From NCBI RefSeq assembly GCF_963921235.1, contig NC_086108.1:25048001-25112000 (forward strand): a DNA stretch of 64,000 nucleotides. Direction: 5' to 3'. Made by a program: the position numbers and the translations under genes. A model generated the notes under the pieces. That model searched no databases. It was not told the origin of the DNA and worked only from the letters and a program-made list of their open reading frames with translations. The DNA comes from Mobula hypostoma (lineage: Eukaryota). Shown piece after piece: positions 13,236 to 26,066 of this stretch; positions within the stretch are counted from its first letter, which is position 1, and each line of letters begins with the position of its first letter.

Positions 13236-14145
13236 AGAATCAGAATCAGAATCAGGTTTATTATCACCGGCATGCGACGTGAAATTTGTTAACTTAGCAG
13301 CATTAGTTCAATGCAATACATAATCTAGCAGAGAGAGAAAAATATAATAACAATAATATATAAAATAAAACATAATAAATAAACAAGTAAATCAATTATG
13401 TATATTGAATAGATTTTTTTTTAAATGCAAAAACAAAAATACTGTATATATTAAAAAACGTGAGGTAGTGTCCATTCAATGTCCATTTAGGAATCGGATG
13501 GCAGAGGGGAAGAAGCTGTTCCTGAATCACTGAGTGTGTGCCTTCAGGATTCTGTATCTCCTACCTGATGGTAACAGTGAGAAAAGGGCATGCCCTGGGT
13601 TCCGGAGGTCCTTAATAATGGACGCAGCCTTTCTGAGACACTGCTCCCTAAAGATGTCCTAGGCACTTTATAAGCTAGTGCCCAAGTTGGAGCTGATTAG
13701 ATTTACAACCTTCTGCAGCTTCTTTCGGTCCTGTGCAGTAGCCCCTCCATACCAGACAGTGATGCAGCCTGTCAGAATGCTCTCCACGGTACAACTATAG
13801 AAGATTTTGAATGTATTTGTTGACATGCCAAATCTCTTCAAACTCCTCACAAAGTATAGCCACTCTCTTGCCTTCTTTATAACTGCATCGATATGTTGGG
13901 ACCGGGTTAGAGGTTCAGAGATCTTGACGCCCAGGAACTTGAAGCTGCTCACTCTCTCCACTTCTGATCCCTCTATGAGGATTGGTATGTATTCCTTCGT
14001 CTTACTCTTCTCGAAGTCCACAATCAGCTCTTTCGTCTTACTGATGTTGAATGCCAGGTTGTTGCTGCGGCACCACTCCACTAGTTGGCATATCTCACTC
14101 CTCTATGCCCTCTCGTCACCACCTGAGACTCTACCAACAATGGTT
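13236..14145 (-). mobile_element. Rex/Babar-type LINE, 5'-truncated and relatively young
   Basis: ORF 13668-14081 (WC..NNLA.N.SKTKELIVDF, SFKFLGV, FYSCTVESILTGCITVWYG). (GAATCA)n tail at 13236-13254. Confidence 0.92.
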
Positions 14146-14308
14146 GGTAGAAACACTGTATTAAATTATAGAATCAGGAACTGTTTTCTGAGGAAAGATT
14201 ATGCAGAAGGGATCCATATTTCTGAAGTTTAGAAGGACGAAAGAAATTGTGAGGGTTGATATATGAGGATGGTGTCACCTGGTGGGAATGTCTGGAATTA
14301 GGGATATA

Positions 14309-15643
14309 CACCCTATCCTCATTATATGCATCTTCAGACTATGCGGATTCACAGTTATGCAAGGAACCTATTTCTACCAACGTCTCATTATATGCGTCCA
14401 AAATTCACAGTTATGCGAGGAGCACTGCTTTCCCTCGAATACAAGTCACGTGTGCACGCTTCACAGTCTCACTTTTGAGATGAGGATCACCGCTTTCCCG
14501 CGAATACAAGTCAGGTGCGCGTGCCTCACAATTTCACTCTCGCCACTCTCGCATTGGTTTTGGCAGGGTGTGGATGCGTGATCTTAAACTTTTGTTGGTT
14601 TTACCTACAGTGCAGTGATTTTGTGCTTGAAATATTTAGCTATATCTCCTAAGCGTCCAATATCATGTCTTGGGCCGTCAGCCGAGCAGCAGAGAACCGC
14701 TTTAACACTTGAAAAAAAGTTGGAAATTATAAAACAGCGCGGCATCTGCTGAAGGTAACACATCTCTGGGACGCTACTGCCGGGAACAGAATGTTTCCTT
14801 TAGAGTTCTTTTGTTGCTTGACAATGCACCGGCCCATCCTAAACATTTGGACAGCATTCATCCTAACGTAACAGTGCGTTTCCTGCCGCCTAACACAACA
14901 GTGCTGATTCAACCACTCGACCAAGGTGTAATCCACATTCAAGGCGTACGTATTTTTTTTACAGTGAACTATCTCTCAGATGCTGCAAGCAACAGACGAT
15001 TTTGAAAATCCTTGGATTTTACCAATGGTGAGGGAATGGTGGAAGTCGAAAACTTGGCACAAATGACGATGGACATGGACCCAAGTTTAGAATGGAGTCA
15101 GCATTTCAGTCGTTCCCTGCTGTCAACCCTTCTTCCCTACAAGCAAATTTATGCTGAAAAACAAAATGCTGCCAAGCAAACAATCCTCACCATTTTATTC
15201 AAATCACTGTAATCTTCTGCTGCCGGCAGTTCTAAGAGTTCTGTGAGGCTTCCTTCACCCCTTGCTGTGCTTGATATTATCCTGATGACCACAACCTTAT
15301 TCGTGTAAAGCTGCCCAATACCACAACAACCACTCATCTCCCGGAGCGAACATACCTGCCACTGTTGGTGAGTACTGTACACCAGAGCATGTTAACTTTC
15401 TATGATTTATTACATTTAATATTACCTTAAATTGATTAAATGTAATACAAATGTTGTCTTGTAGTACTGCTTTTGTGTCGTATTGGTATGAAAATGTGAA
15501 TAAATTACAGATAAAACATATTTAGGAAGTCTTCTGGAATGCGTCCCTATTTTCTCCAATTAAATAATTATTCACATTATGCGATTTCACATTATGCATC
15601 AACTTTGAGGAACGTATCCCCCGCATATAATAAGGATAGGGTG
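14309..15643 (+). mobile_element. pogo/Tigger-type DNA transposon, internally deleted
   Basis: 21-bp TIRs CACCCTATCCTCATTATATGC / GCATATAATAAGGATAGGGTG, with TA on the left. Transposase remnants LTLEKKLEII and LLDNAPAHP...FLPPNTT.LIQPLDQGVI (DDE_1). Confidence 0.9.
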
Positions 15644-16479
15644 TGTCTCAAGATAAGATAGTGACTACTAAAATGAGTAATAGAGAAACTTTCTTCAAAT
15701 GGTTATGAATCTAACTAATTCTCCACTACAATTAAGACCGAAGTAGATTTTATACCTCAGCAGAATTAGAATTGGACAAGAAAGTGGAAGAGTGGTCAAG
15801 ATCAGATCAACCATGTCGTATTGAATAGTGGAGCAAATATCCAAGACTAGAGGGTCTGCTGCTTCATAATCCTTCAACTTCTATTTGTGGTTTCATGTTC
15901 TTTGCATTGACACAAAAAAAGCAATATGTTGATTCCATAAGGTATAAGCCAAATCTCATCAATGTTTGCAATTACTTTGATAATGAATAATTCCCTTTAG
16001 AATACATCTCAGTTTAGTTACATAACTAAAATGAAACAAATCATGTTAGGTATTCAAAATTAGTGTAGAAAATGCTTGATTGGACACTGAAATAGTTCAC
16101 AGTTCACTGAGAAAACTAGATCTCATGCTAAGTTATCCTTCACAACTTGCCCTCTGCCTGGATTATCAATGAAAATATTCACCTGTTTAGATGCTGATTG
16201 GTATATTATGCCTCCATTCTGTTCAGACACATTCTGGTCTTCTTATAATGCAAATATGTAAACAGTGTAATCCATTATACAGTGTCCATGTGACACCATA
16301 AGACCAAATTCTTTGGCTGTAGTATTATGGGTAGGACATCTGTTTATTTTGTGTTTTACATAGAGCATACAATATCACCTTATATTCCCTTATTCAAACA
16401 GATAATGTATAAGTATCTGTTTGATGCTGCCATTGTGTTAGTGGTAATACTTCCAATGAAAGTTATATTTTTCAACTTG

Positions 16480-16720
16480 ATCAAAGACAGGTTGGGGTAT
16501 GGAAGCAGGAAATTGATGCTTTATAAATTACTAGTTAGCTATTATCCATGTGGGGTACAGACCTAATAAAAGATGTCAAGACACCACAGAGGGCAGAGTG
16601 ATGACCCACAGTGATACCAGGGTTCCAGAAATTCAGATATATAGGGCAGTTCAAGAAACTGGGAATCATTCACTTCTTTGAACAAAGAAGTTTAAAGATG
16701 GATTTAACAAAGTTAATGGG
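16480..16720 (+). mobile_element. Old CR1-type fragment
   Basis: Degenerate 'YGSRKLMLYKLLV' region resembling the CR1 ORF2 C-terminus. Confidence 0.45.
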
Positions 16721-18731
16721 CTGAAAATGTATTCATACAATTTCAAAACATATGCTGTTGCATTGATCAACATGGGCTTAAATTAGACCAGGATAATTTT
16801 CTACATTTGGGCCATCTTTAAGAAATTTGATTCCATATTTTCACTCTCTGTGGTACTTTTTTCCAGCATAAAACTTCCACAAATAACAATATAACATATA
16901 AAACTCTCCTGCAGTGATCTTCTCAACCTCAATGAATTGAGAAGTTACCGCTTTAACTCACATGTGACCAAGTTTTACTGAGCACATTTCCCCTAAAACT
17001 GTGTTATATGAAGGGCCAATGCTGCCACTATGTTCTTTGCCTTTCCCGAGATCTGTAACCTCCTGCAACCTCAAACATAATCTCACATGCGTACCTGGAG
17101 TGCTTTGTCATTGGAGGTCAGAGTCACTGTTCTTTTCAACCTCTCAGTCTCAGGATCGTTCCAGCCGACTCCTTGCAATTTTCTGCTCACCCTGCATTAG
17201 GCTTCCAGATTCCACACAACAAGAGGTGACTTCAGTTCTTTTCTCTTCAAACACAAGCAACAGCAGGCTTCTCCAAATCACAAGCATTCATAGTCTTCAT
17301 GCATATCTTTACAGAGCCCCATGCACTTCCTCCCACAAGTGCCTGGCTATAAGCCTGGAAGGTCTCCATGGCATTCTTGCACAAAGAACATGCCCATTGT
17401 ATGATCTCTTCCCAATCAGCTGTGTCCAGGCCCCTCTGATATCTCTAACCCCAATCCCAACATTAGCAAGACCACTCACTTTTTAGCAGCACTCTCATGT
17501 AGTGCTACATGATGGGAAGTTCTTCCAGGGACTGCCTACAAAGATCAAGCCTGCTGTAGAACTGTGAAAACTGGCAATGGATTAACGGGAACATGATGCT
17601 GGACCAACAATGTCAGTTTTCAGAGCTCCATTACACAGGCAAACCCATTGATGCTTTTCTGTGTGAAACAATAATTGAAGATTTAACTCTTAATGGGAGT
17701 TTCACAACCAGTACTAGGTGTGCTTCAATGCCAAAGTAGCCTGCTGTTCAGATCCGAAGATACACATTGAAGTTAATTTGTGGAAAGAGTGGGAATAATC
17801 AAGAGACTTCTATCTAATCTGATGGTTGACTTGATCTAGAATCAGGTTTCAGCTGAACTTTTACAATAGATATACATTGAAAAAAGAAAAAAAAAGTGAA
17901 TGCAAGTCTGTGGAGAAAAAGTAGAGGAGTGAGATTAATTGGATGCTCCTTCGATGAGCTGTGCATACACAATAAGCCGAATAGCTTTTTTATAATGTAT
18001 TATTCTTTGATTCTATGTTGTGCATTGTAATTTAAATCGATGTGTAGACAGTGATGTTGTAATTGTACTTCACACATGATGTAAATTATAGAGAGCTGGT
18101 TTACTTTCCTTTGATGTGCTGTCACCCAACTTCAAGGTGTCAATAGGTCACTCATCTTTTGAGACACTGTAGCTGGCATCTTTAACTATCTCCTGGTGGA
18201 GCAGGGTACCACCTAAGGCTGTAAAATAAAACTTATATATTGTTTTTGATGGATATAGATGTTAAGAAGAAAGAAAAAAAAATGATTTTCTTTTACTGTT
18301 AAATAATGGAACAATTACATGAGTTATTGGAATCCCTTTGTAATAAGTTTTTCAGAAAGTAGATCAATAAAATACCAACTTATTCTCTTGTTTTTAATTA
18401 ATTGTTTTAATGAAACATACTTCATTACCGATCTGATAGCTATATTTTTAATAAATATTTTTAATATCTTAATATCCTTTTTAATATCCTGCAAGCCTCA
18501 AGTATAGTTAATAACACCATACCAATATATTGAGTGTCTTTAGGAATTTTTGTCTTATTTTCAAACCATTGAACTTCTTCCTACAAGGGATTCTTGTATT
18601 CAAGAATAATTTGGTAGTAGCATCTGAATTTAATACTGGGTGTAGGGAGAATAGGAATGCAGAGAAAATGTTTCTATTTACATTATCTGCTTTGGAATAA
18701 ATGTCATCATGATTACACTCCAGAAATTTCA

Positions 18732-18870
18732 GTACAAAATCTAGGCTGACACTTCAGAGCAGTGCTGAGAGATCAGCATCTTTAAGATAATTTTTTTAAA
18801 AATCTGAGGATCTATTTGTTTTCTCAAATGGATGTAAAAGACCAAACAGTGTTATTTTCAAGAGTAATTC
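18732..18870 (+). mobile_element. Deu-domain SINE remnant (SacSINE1/AmnSINE-like)
   Basis: AATCTAGGCTGACACTTCAG.GCAGT.CTGAG...GGATGTAAAAGA matches the recalled Deu-domain pattern. Confidence 0.65.
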
Positions 18871-19099
18871 CTACTATCATTTATATAGCTAAACTGTTTT
18901 CTGTATTTTAACTAATATTACTTTTTCAATGCCTTGTAAGAATGCCAAAGTTAATAGCCTTTCACACACAGGGTATTTGCAAACTTTTCATTTCTTCATT
19001 GCTGAAGTTTTAGCTTGGTTATCTGCTCATCTTCCACACTGTCCTTCTGAAGTGTCCCCTCCCCATGCTGTTCCCATTTGCCCACCCGACATTGTATGT

Positions 19100-19400
19100 T
19101 TGGTTCCATGCTCCATCTTCCTTTCCTGTCAAGTTCCATAATTTCAGCCTTCAATTATGACCTCCCAGCCTCTGTCACTATTTCCACTCTTCTCTCTTCT
19201 ATCTATCACCCCATCTTACCTAGATCCACCTCTCACTTGCTAACCCTTGTTCCACCCCCTTCCTCTCACCTCTTTATACTGGTTATTTCTCATCTGTCAG
19301 CCCAGATGAAAAGCCTCAACCTGAATCACCAACTATCTAATTCCTTCCACAGATGCTGTCTGAATCCTGAGTTCTTCCAGCAGTTTGCTGTTTTTTCTTT
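19100..19400 (+). mobile_element. Degenerate Penelope-type 3' end
   Basis: A pyrimidine-rich tract, a decayed hammerhead-like segment (CAGATGAAAAGCCTCAACCTGAA) and CACAGATGCTGTCTGA..CTGAGTTCTTCCAGCA. Confidence 0.55.
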
Positions 19401-19622
19401 TCCTCTTCAGGTACCAGAGTCCACTATTACTTTTATCTCAATCTTAATTGAAGGGTCAGTTTGAACAAATTAACCATGCCTGCTGGTTGAAGTAAGGGCA
19501 GATTAATGGTGACACACCTTACAATAACCATGGATTCTTTCACTGTACTGCGTCCAGTAGAGCTGCAAGTATTTGTTTAAGAGGTGTGGAAGAGGATTAA
19601 ACAAGACCTTTAAACTACCTTT

Positions 19623-20318
19623 AAAACCATAGAAACCATAGAAACTACAGCACAGAAACAGGCCTTTTGGCCCTTCTTGGCTGTACCGAACCATCTTCTG
19701 CCTAGTCCCACTGACCTGCACACGGACCATATCCCACCATACACCTCCCATCCATGTATCTGTCCAATTTATTCTTAAATGTTAAAAAAGAACTCGCATT
19801 TACCACCTCTTCTGGCAGCTCATTCCATACTCCCACCACTCTCTGTGTGAAGAAGCCCCCGCTATTGTTCCCTTTAAACTTTCCCCCCCTCACCCTAAAC
19901 CCATGTCCTCTGGTTTTTTTCTCCCCTTGCCTCAGTGGGAAAAGCCTGCTTGCATTCACTCTATCTATACCCATCATAATTTTATATACCTCTATCAAAT
20001 CTCCCCTCATTCTTCTAAGCTCCAGGGAATAAGGTCCCAACCTATTCAATCTTTCTCTGTAACTGAGTTTCTCAAGTCCCGGCAACATCCTTGTAAACCT
20101 TCTCTGCACTCTTTCAACCTTATTTATATCCTTCTTGTAATTTGGTGACCAAAACTGAACACAATACTCCAGATTCGGCCTCACCAATGCCTTATACAAC
20201 CTCATCATAACATTCCAGCTCTTATACTCAATACTTTGATTAATAAAGGCCAATGTACCAAAAGCTCTCTTTACGACCCTATCTACCCGTGACGCCGCTT
20301 TTAGGGAATTTTGTATCT
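19623..20318 (-). mobile_element. CR1-type LINE, 3' part (host of the Gypsy insertion)
   Basis: ORF 19702-20349 (LYKALVRPNLEYCVQFWSP, RGDLIEVYKI, FFTQRVV). (AAACCATAG)n tail. Confidence 0.95.
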
Positions 20319-21208
20319 TGTGACGAAAGAGGGTTACAAAAGTACACATAGACTAAGATGTTAACTGTCCTGTGCTAGCACCAGTGGGATCAACAGTTCA
20401 TCTGCCACCTGTCTTCAGGAGAGAGAGATAAGTAAGACAATGGAGCAGCATTTGGAAATGTTAATGAAGAGACGAGAGAGTTTAACGGAAGGAGACACCG
20501 GTCTGAGTATTGTCAAGACCGGCTCCTTTTGAACCCTGAACTGTTTGAAGTGTGATGGACAGGCGATACCCCAGCAGGGGGATAAAAAGGGGCAGGTTCA
20601 CTGAGACACCACACACGACACCATGAGGTAACGAGACCCTGGAAGCGGTGCGCCCCCACAAGTCGGTGGGAGTTTTGGAGGGCTGGCCGTGGTACCAGCC
20701 ATAGACGCACAGGGTGGAAAGATTCGGTCGGCGGGAACCTGGTGTGTGTGTCCACCCTCGCCTGGGTGCCGGGTTCACCGCAGAGGAACGATCGTATCTG
20801 AAAACGGAGGGGTCACAGTCGGTGACCTCAGAAGACATTACAAAGGGCTCGCCCGAAAGCTAACTGCGAGGAATATCAAAGGTCTGTTGAATCCGATTTG
20901 AATATCAGCATTCGCTCTCTCTCTCCCCCAACGGCACGACGGCTATTACTGCAAACTGAACTAAACTGAACTCTGTCACTTGTGATTGAACATTTTACCC
21001 CTAGACTGCGATAGAGCTGATTGACCCTATTATCCTAGTTCTGTGTACATGTGTTTATTCATTGCTAACCTGTTGCATTTATATCCTTACTATTAGAGTA
21101 CTGTGTTGCTTATTTCTTTAATAAAACTTTCTTAGTTCCAGTAATTCAGACTCCAACTGAGTGGTCCATTTCTGCTGGTTTGGCAACCCAGTTACGGGGT
21201 ACGTAACA
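20319..21208 (+). repeat. 5' LTR (890 bp)
   Basis: TGTGAC...GTAACA. Direct repeat of 24377-25272. AATAAA at about 21120. Confidence 0.97.
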
Positions 21209-21212
21209 TAAG

Positions 21213-21227
21213 TGGGGTTCTCGTCCG
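21213..21227 (+). promoter_or_regulatory. Primer binding site, tRNA-Pro-like (imperfect)
   Basis: TGGGGTTCTCGTCCG lies 4 nt after the 5' LTR, versus the canonical Pro PBS TGGGGGCTCGTCCG. Confidence 0.7.
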
Positions 21228-21307
21228 CAATTTTGAATGCTAAATTTGGGATGGGGTAGATTGATTGGGTTAAAATTCCCGAAAGAAAGAAAAGGCAAAC
21301 AGCAGAA

Positions 21308-23074
21308 ATGGAGATTGAGGAATTTCTAAAGGCGCCGACCTTGGAGGCATTAGAGGATGCCAGGAAAGCGGAATTGGCAGCTGTGGCCAAACGGTTGAAT
21401 CTTGTTAAGGGTAAGTTGACAATGAGGAGAGAGGAGATACACAGAGCTATCGTAGAGCACTATGTATCTAAAGGTGTGTTTCCCCAAGGGGAGCTGGAGG
21501 TGATATCTATTGGGAAACCTGCTGGAGATGCAGCACAGGTGCAGCTTGAAAAACTGAGACTCAAGCACGAGTTCCAGGTACGGCAGCTAGAACACAAAGA
21601 GAAGCAGTTAGAACGGCAGGAGAAAGAGAAACAGTTAGAATGGTAAGAGAGAGAGAGGGACAAACAGTTGGAGTGAGAAGAGAAACAGAGGGAAAGGGAA
21701 TTCGAGCTGGAGAGGTTAAAGTTGATGGCAGAGCAGGGGCCCATGCCGAACCAAGCTGGAGGGTTCAGGGCGACCCAGGAGGTTAGGCTGGTTCCCCCAT
21801 TTGACGATACCGATGTGGATCGGTACTTTCTCCATTTCGAAAAAGTTGCTGCAAGTCAGGACTGGCCGAGGGATAAGTGGGCTGTTTTGCTTCAGAGTGT
21901 ACTTAAAGGGAAAGCCCAACAAGCTTACTCGGCTTTGTCTGCGGAAGATGCCCAGAGGTATGAGGTGGTGAAAGAGGCCATCCTTAGGATTTATGAGTTG
22001 GTCCCGGAGGCATACCGGCGGAGGTTCCGGAATGCCAGGAAGCAGTGGGACCGCACGTATTTAGAGTTTGCCTGTGAGATGCAGACATATTGTGAGCGTT
22101 GGTGCGCCTCGAAAGGGGTAGATGGGGATTATGACAGACTGCTACAGCTGATCCTGATTGAGCAGTTTAAAGGTTGTGTCCCTGAAGGTATGAGACTCTA
22201 CCTAGATGAGAAAGAGGCAGCCACGTTAGCCGCAACTGCTAAGTTAGCGGATGAGTACGCGTTGACGCATAAAATGAAGTTTGCCCCGAGTAAAGGCTAC
22301 CAGAAGGGTAGTCAGGACGATGGGGAGAGTCCGCCGGAAAAGTCAGAAAGTAAGCTGGGGACTAGTGAGAAGAATAAGGTAGACCGGGAGCAGTCTGGTA
22401 GGAAGTCTCCTGGGGTCGTGTGTTATAATTGTGGGAAAGCTGGACACTTTGCATCCAGGTGCTTTGCCCCAAAGAAGGAGACGGGAAAAGGAAAAACGGC
22501 GATTTCGACTGGCTGTATTGAGCTGGTAAACAAACCGCTAGGAGAGGAAAGGTCTGCCAAAGTTCAGGAAGGGCGCGAGAGGTTTATCTCAGCCGGATTG
22601 GTGTCGGCAAAGGAGGGGTTAAACCCAGTTCCAGTGCGGATCTGGAGAGACACGGGAGCATGTCAGTCATTGATATTGAAGAGTGTGTTAGAGTTTAGTT
22701 CAGAGACCCAGACTGGGGAGGTCAGGGTCAAAGGTATTGGGGAAGGGACAGAAGCAGGCCCTTTACACCAGATACACCTACAAAGCAACTTGGTCTCTGG
22801 ACTAGTCACGATCGGGGTGAGGCCCGAATTACCGATGAAAGGCGTGGAAGTCTTGCTCGGTAATGACCTCGCCGGGGGAATTGTATTCTTGGCAGTGAGA
22901 TTGACAGGTCAGCCTGCCAGCATTGAGGCCCTGCCCATGGACTCACAGGTTCATCCTGTTTGCACAGTGACTCGCTGTATGTCCAGAGACACTGCTGAGA
23001 CGTTTCTACCAGCCTTGTACGAGGAGGGAGTAGAAAGCGTAATGAAACAGGAGGAAGTGGGGAAATTAAGGTAG
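21308..23074 (+). pseudogene. gag: Gypsy gag-protease (capsid/SCAN-like domain, CCHC knuckle, aspartic protease)
   Basis: One frame broken by two stops (TAA 21644, TGA 21674). Motifs: VPPFDD..VD.YF.HFEKVA, ILRIYELVPEAYRRRFR, LILIEQF, CYNCGKAGHFASRC, WRDTGACQS. Confidence 0.9.
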
Positions 23075-24259
23075 ATTTATCATTAGAAAAGAAGGACTTC
23101 ATACAGGCACAGGAGCGAGACGAGGAAACAGCTCTCTCTGAAGCAGGATTAAAAAGAGAGCCAGTAGGCTATTGTGTGGAGGAGGGTGTGCTAAGGAAGA
23201 AAGGGAGACCAAGTACCGTACCCGCAGATAAGGAATGGGGGATGGTGCCAAAAATTTATAGGGATGAGATTCTTAACCTGGCCCACAAGATACCCCTCGG
23301 TGGACATTTTGGGGGGAGGGAAACAGTCGGCGGAATCATGAAAGAGTTTTACTGGCTGCACAGGAGGAAGGATGTTATTGACTATTGCAGACATGAGTTA
23401 ACACAGTTAGAGGCTATTAACATGTTAAAAGCCCACCACGGTCAGAGAACAGATCTAGCTGGTGATATCATGAAAATTAATGAGGCTAAGGTGCCACCTG
23501 ATAAGGGGAGGACCCATTTTGAAAAGATAGGTGTGGTGCCGACCAGATGGGAGATGTCTATTGTGTTGACCCGTTTTGCTGATAAAGTCTCCCCCTTAAT
23601 CCCCGAACAAAGCGACCCTTTAGGAGAGCTAATTAAATGGCTCGCACACGTGTGTTTGATTGTCCCGAGGCGATGCAAAGAACTGGGACGTTGGATGGTG
23701 TTTGTCACGTTAGGTCAGCCTAGTGAGCAACACTCCTATAGAATGAGTAATTTTGTGACGAAAGGGCTAAAGAACACAGAAGTGTATATTGGCGATGTAA
23801 TACGGCTGTCTGAAGCCAGCTTGATAGTGAACCTTGAAAAAAATGAGTTCGGCCATGCGAAGGTCACTTATCTGGGAATTGTGGTAACACAGGGGCAGCT
23901 GGCAGCAATGCAAGCTAAGGTGCGGGCTATTTCTGACATCCCAACCCCGACAGACAAGAGGGCCCTCAGAAGGCTCTTGGAGGTGGTGGGGTACTGTAGG
24001 AAGTTTTGCAATAACTTTGCGGGTACTACCCCTCCCCCTCCTACTAAGCCCTTGCGAAAGAAAACTAAGTCGGGATGGGACGACCCTTGTTATCGTGGTC
24101 CGGGACGAAACCCAATGAGAGGTTACACTGATCACAATTCATCAGTGTTTTTGGCCACTATGAAGTTTGCTAAGTTGGAGCCTGGTTTAGAGGATTATTA
24201 AAATAACACGTAAAAAAGGGACAGAAAATGTGATTGCTGACTGTCTGTCAAGGTGTTGA
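23071..24259 (+). pseudogene. pol: Deleted pol mosaic (integrase H2C2, RT and RNase H remnants)
   Basis: LAHKIPLGGHFG...FYW..RKDVIDYCR, then VYIGDVI (decayed YIDD), VNLEKNEFGHAKVTYLG, YTDHN and, in another frame, GTENVIADCLSR. Confidence 0.85.
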
Positions 24260-24364
24260 CAACTTAAAATTCTCTGTATTAGCCAAATAGCTGATGAAGA
24301 TGTATATTTGTGTGTATCTAATAATATATTCATGCTTATAATTTTTACCCCGGTAAAAATCCTT

Positions 24365-24376
24365 AAAGGGGAGGGG
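24365..24376 (+). promoter_or_regulatory. Polypurine tract
   Basis: AAAGGGGAGGGG immediately before the 3' LTR. Confidence 0.92.
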
Positions 24377-25272
24377 TGTGACAAAAGTGGGTTACAAAAG
24401 TACACATAGACTAAGATGTTAACTGTCCTGTGCTAGCACCAGTGGGATCAACAGTTGATCTGCCACCTGTCTTCAGGAGAGAGAGAGATAAGTAAGACAA
24501 TGGAGCAGCATTTGGAAATGTTAATGAAGAGACGAGAGAGTTTAACGGAAGGAGACACCGGTCTGAGTATTGTCAAGACCGGCTCCTTTTGAACCCTGAA
24601 CTGTTTGAAGTGTGATGGACAGGCGATACCCCAGCAGGGGGCTAAAAAGGGGCAGGTTTGCTGAGACACCACACACGACACCACGAGGTAACGAGACCCT
24701 GGAAGCGGTGCGCCCCCACAAGTCGGTGGGAGTTTTGGAGGGCTGGTCGTGGGACCAGCCATAGACGCACAGGGTGGAAAGATACGGTTGGCGGGAACCT
24801 GGTGTGTGTGTCCACCCTTGCCTGGGTGCCAGGTTCACCGCAGAGGAATGATCATATCTGAAACGGAGGGGTCACAGTCGGTGACTTCAGAAGACATTAC
24901 AAAGGGCTCGCCCGAAAGCTAACTGCGAGGAATATCAAAGGTCTGTTGAATCTGATTTGAATATCAGCATTCGCTCTCTCTCTCTCTCCCCAATGGCACG
25001 ACGGCTATTACTGCGAACTGAACTAAACTGAACTCTGTCACTTGTGATTGAACATTTTACCCCTAGACTGCGATAGAGCTGATTGACCCTATTATCCTAG
25101 TTCTGTGTACATGTGTGTTTATTCATTGCTAACCTGTTGCATTTATATCCTTAGTATTAGAGTACTGTGTTGCTTATTTCTTTAATAAAACTTTCTTAGT
25201 TCCAGTAATCCAGACTCCAACTGAGTGGTCCATTTCTGCTGGTTTGGCAACCCAGTTACGGGGTACGTAACA
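24377..25272 (+). repeat. 3' LTR (896 bp)
   Basis: Direct repeat of the 5' LTR with about two dozen differences counted by eye. Confidence 0.97.
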
Positions 25273-25990
25273 ATCTGTATTCCCAGATCCCTCTGTTCCA
25301 CTGCACTCCTCAGTGCCTTACTATTAACCCTGTATGTTCTACGTTGGTTTGTCCTTCCAACGTGCAATACCTCACACTTGTCAGTATTAAACTCCATCTG
25401 CCATTTTTTAGCCCTTTTTTCCAGCTGGTCCAAGTCCCTCTGCAGGCTCAGAAAACCTTCCTCACTGTCTACTACACCTCCAATCTTTGTATCATCAGCG
25501 AACTTGCTGATCCAATTTACCACATTATCATCCAGATCATTGATACAGATGACAAATAACAATGGACCCAGCACTGATCCCTGTGGTACACCACTAGTCA
25601 CAGGCCTCCACTCAGAGAAGCAATTCTCTACCACCACTCTCTGGCTTCTTCCATCGAGCCAATGTCTAATCCAATTTACCACCTCTCCATGTATACCTAG
25701 CGACTGAATTTTCCTAACTAACCTCACCTGTAGACAGCGACATTTTAAATATTGCAGCCAGGGCCCCTGCAATTTCAACACTAGTCTCCTTCAAGGTCCG
25801 AGGGAACACCCTGTCAGGTCCCGGGGATTTATCCACTTTAATTTTCCTCAAGACAGCAAGCACCTCCTCCTTTTCGATCTGTACTGTTTCCATGATCTCA
25901 CTACTTGTTTCCCTTAATTCCATGGACTTCATGCCAGTTTCCTTAGTAAACACAGACGCAAGAAACCTATTTAACATCTCCCCCATTTCC
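25273..25990 (-). mobile_element. CR1-type LINE, 5' part (continuation of 19623-20318)
   Basis: [18 protein letters not shown] and DKSPGPD motifs. An internal deletion at about 25725 joins non-adjacent ORF2 regions. Confidence 0.93.
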
Positions 25991-26066
25991 TCAATTTCAT
26001 CCTCAATTGACAGTTGTTGCCTATTGGGTAGATATTTTACCGTTTTAAATTCTGAGTTAAAAAGGG

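Larger units (their letters stand above)
20319..25272 (+). mobile_element. Gmr1-like Gypsy LTR retrotransposon with both LTRs and internally deleted pol
   Basis: TG...CA termini and a 4-bp TSD ATCT (20315-18 and 25273-76). Two near-identical LTRs, PBS, PPT and gag-protease. The integrase Zn-finger remnant lies upstream of the RT/RNase H remnants. Confidence 0.95.

Noticed and set aside
20482..20838. Antisense ORF repeated at 24542-24838
   Set aside because: It lies within the two LTRs, so the repetition reflects LTR identity and not protein conservation.
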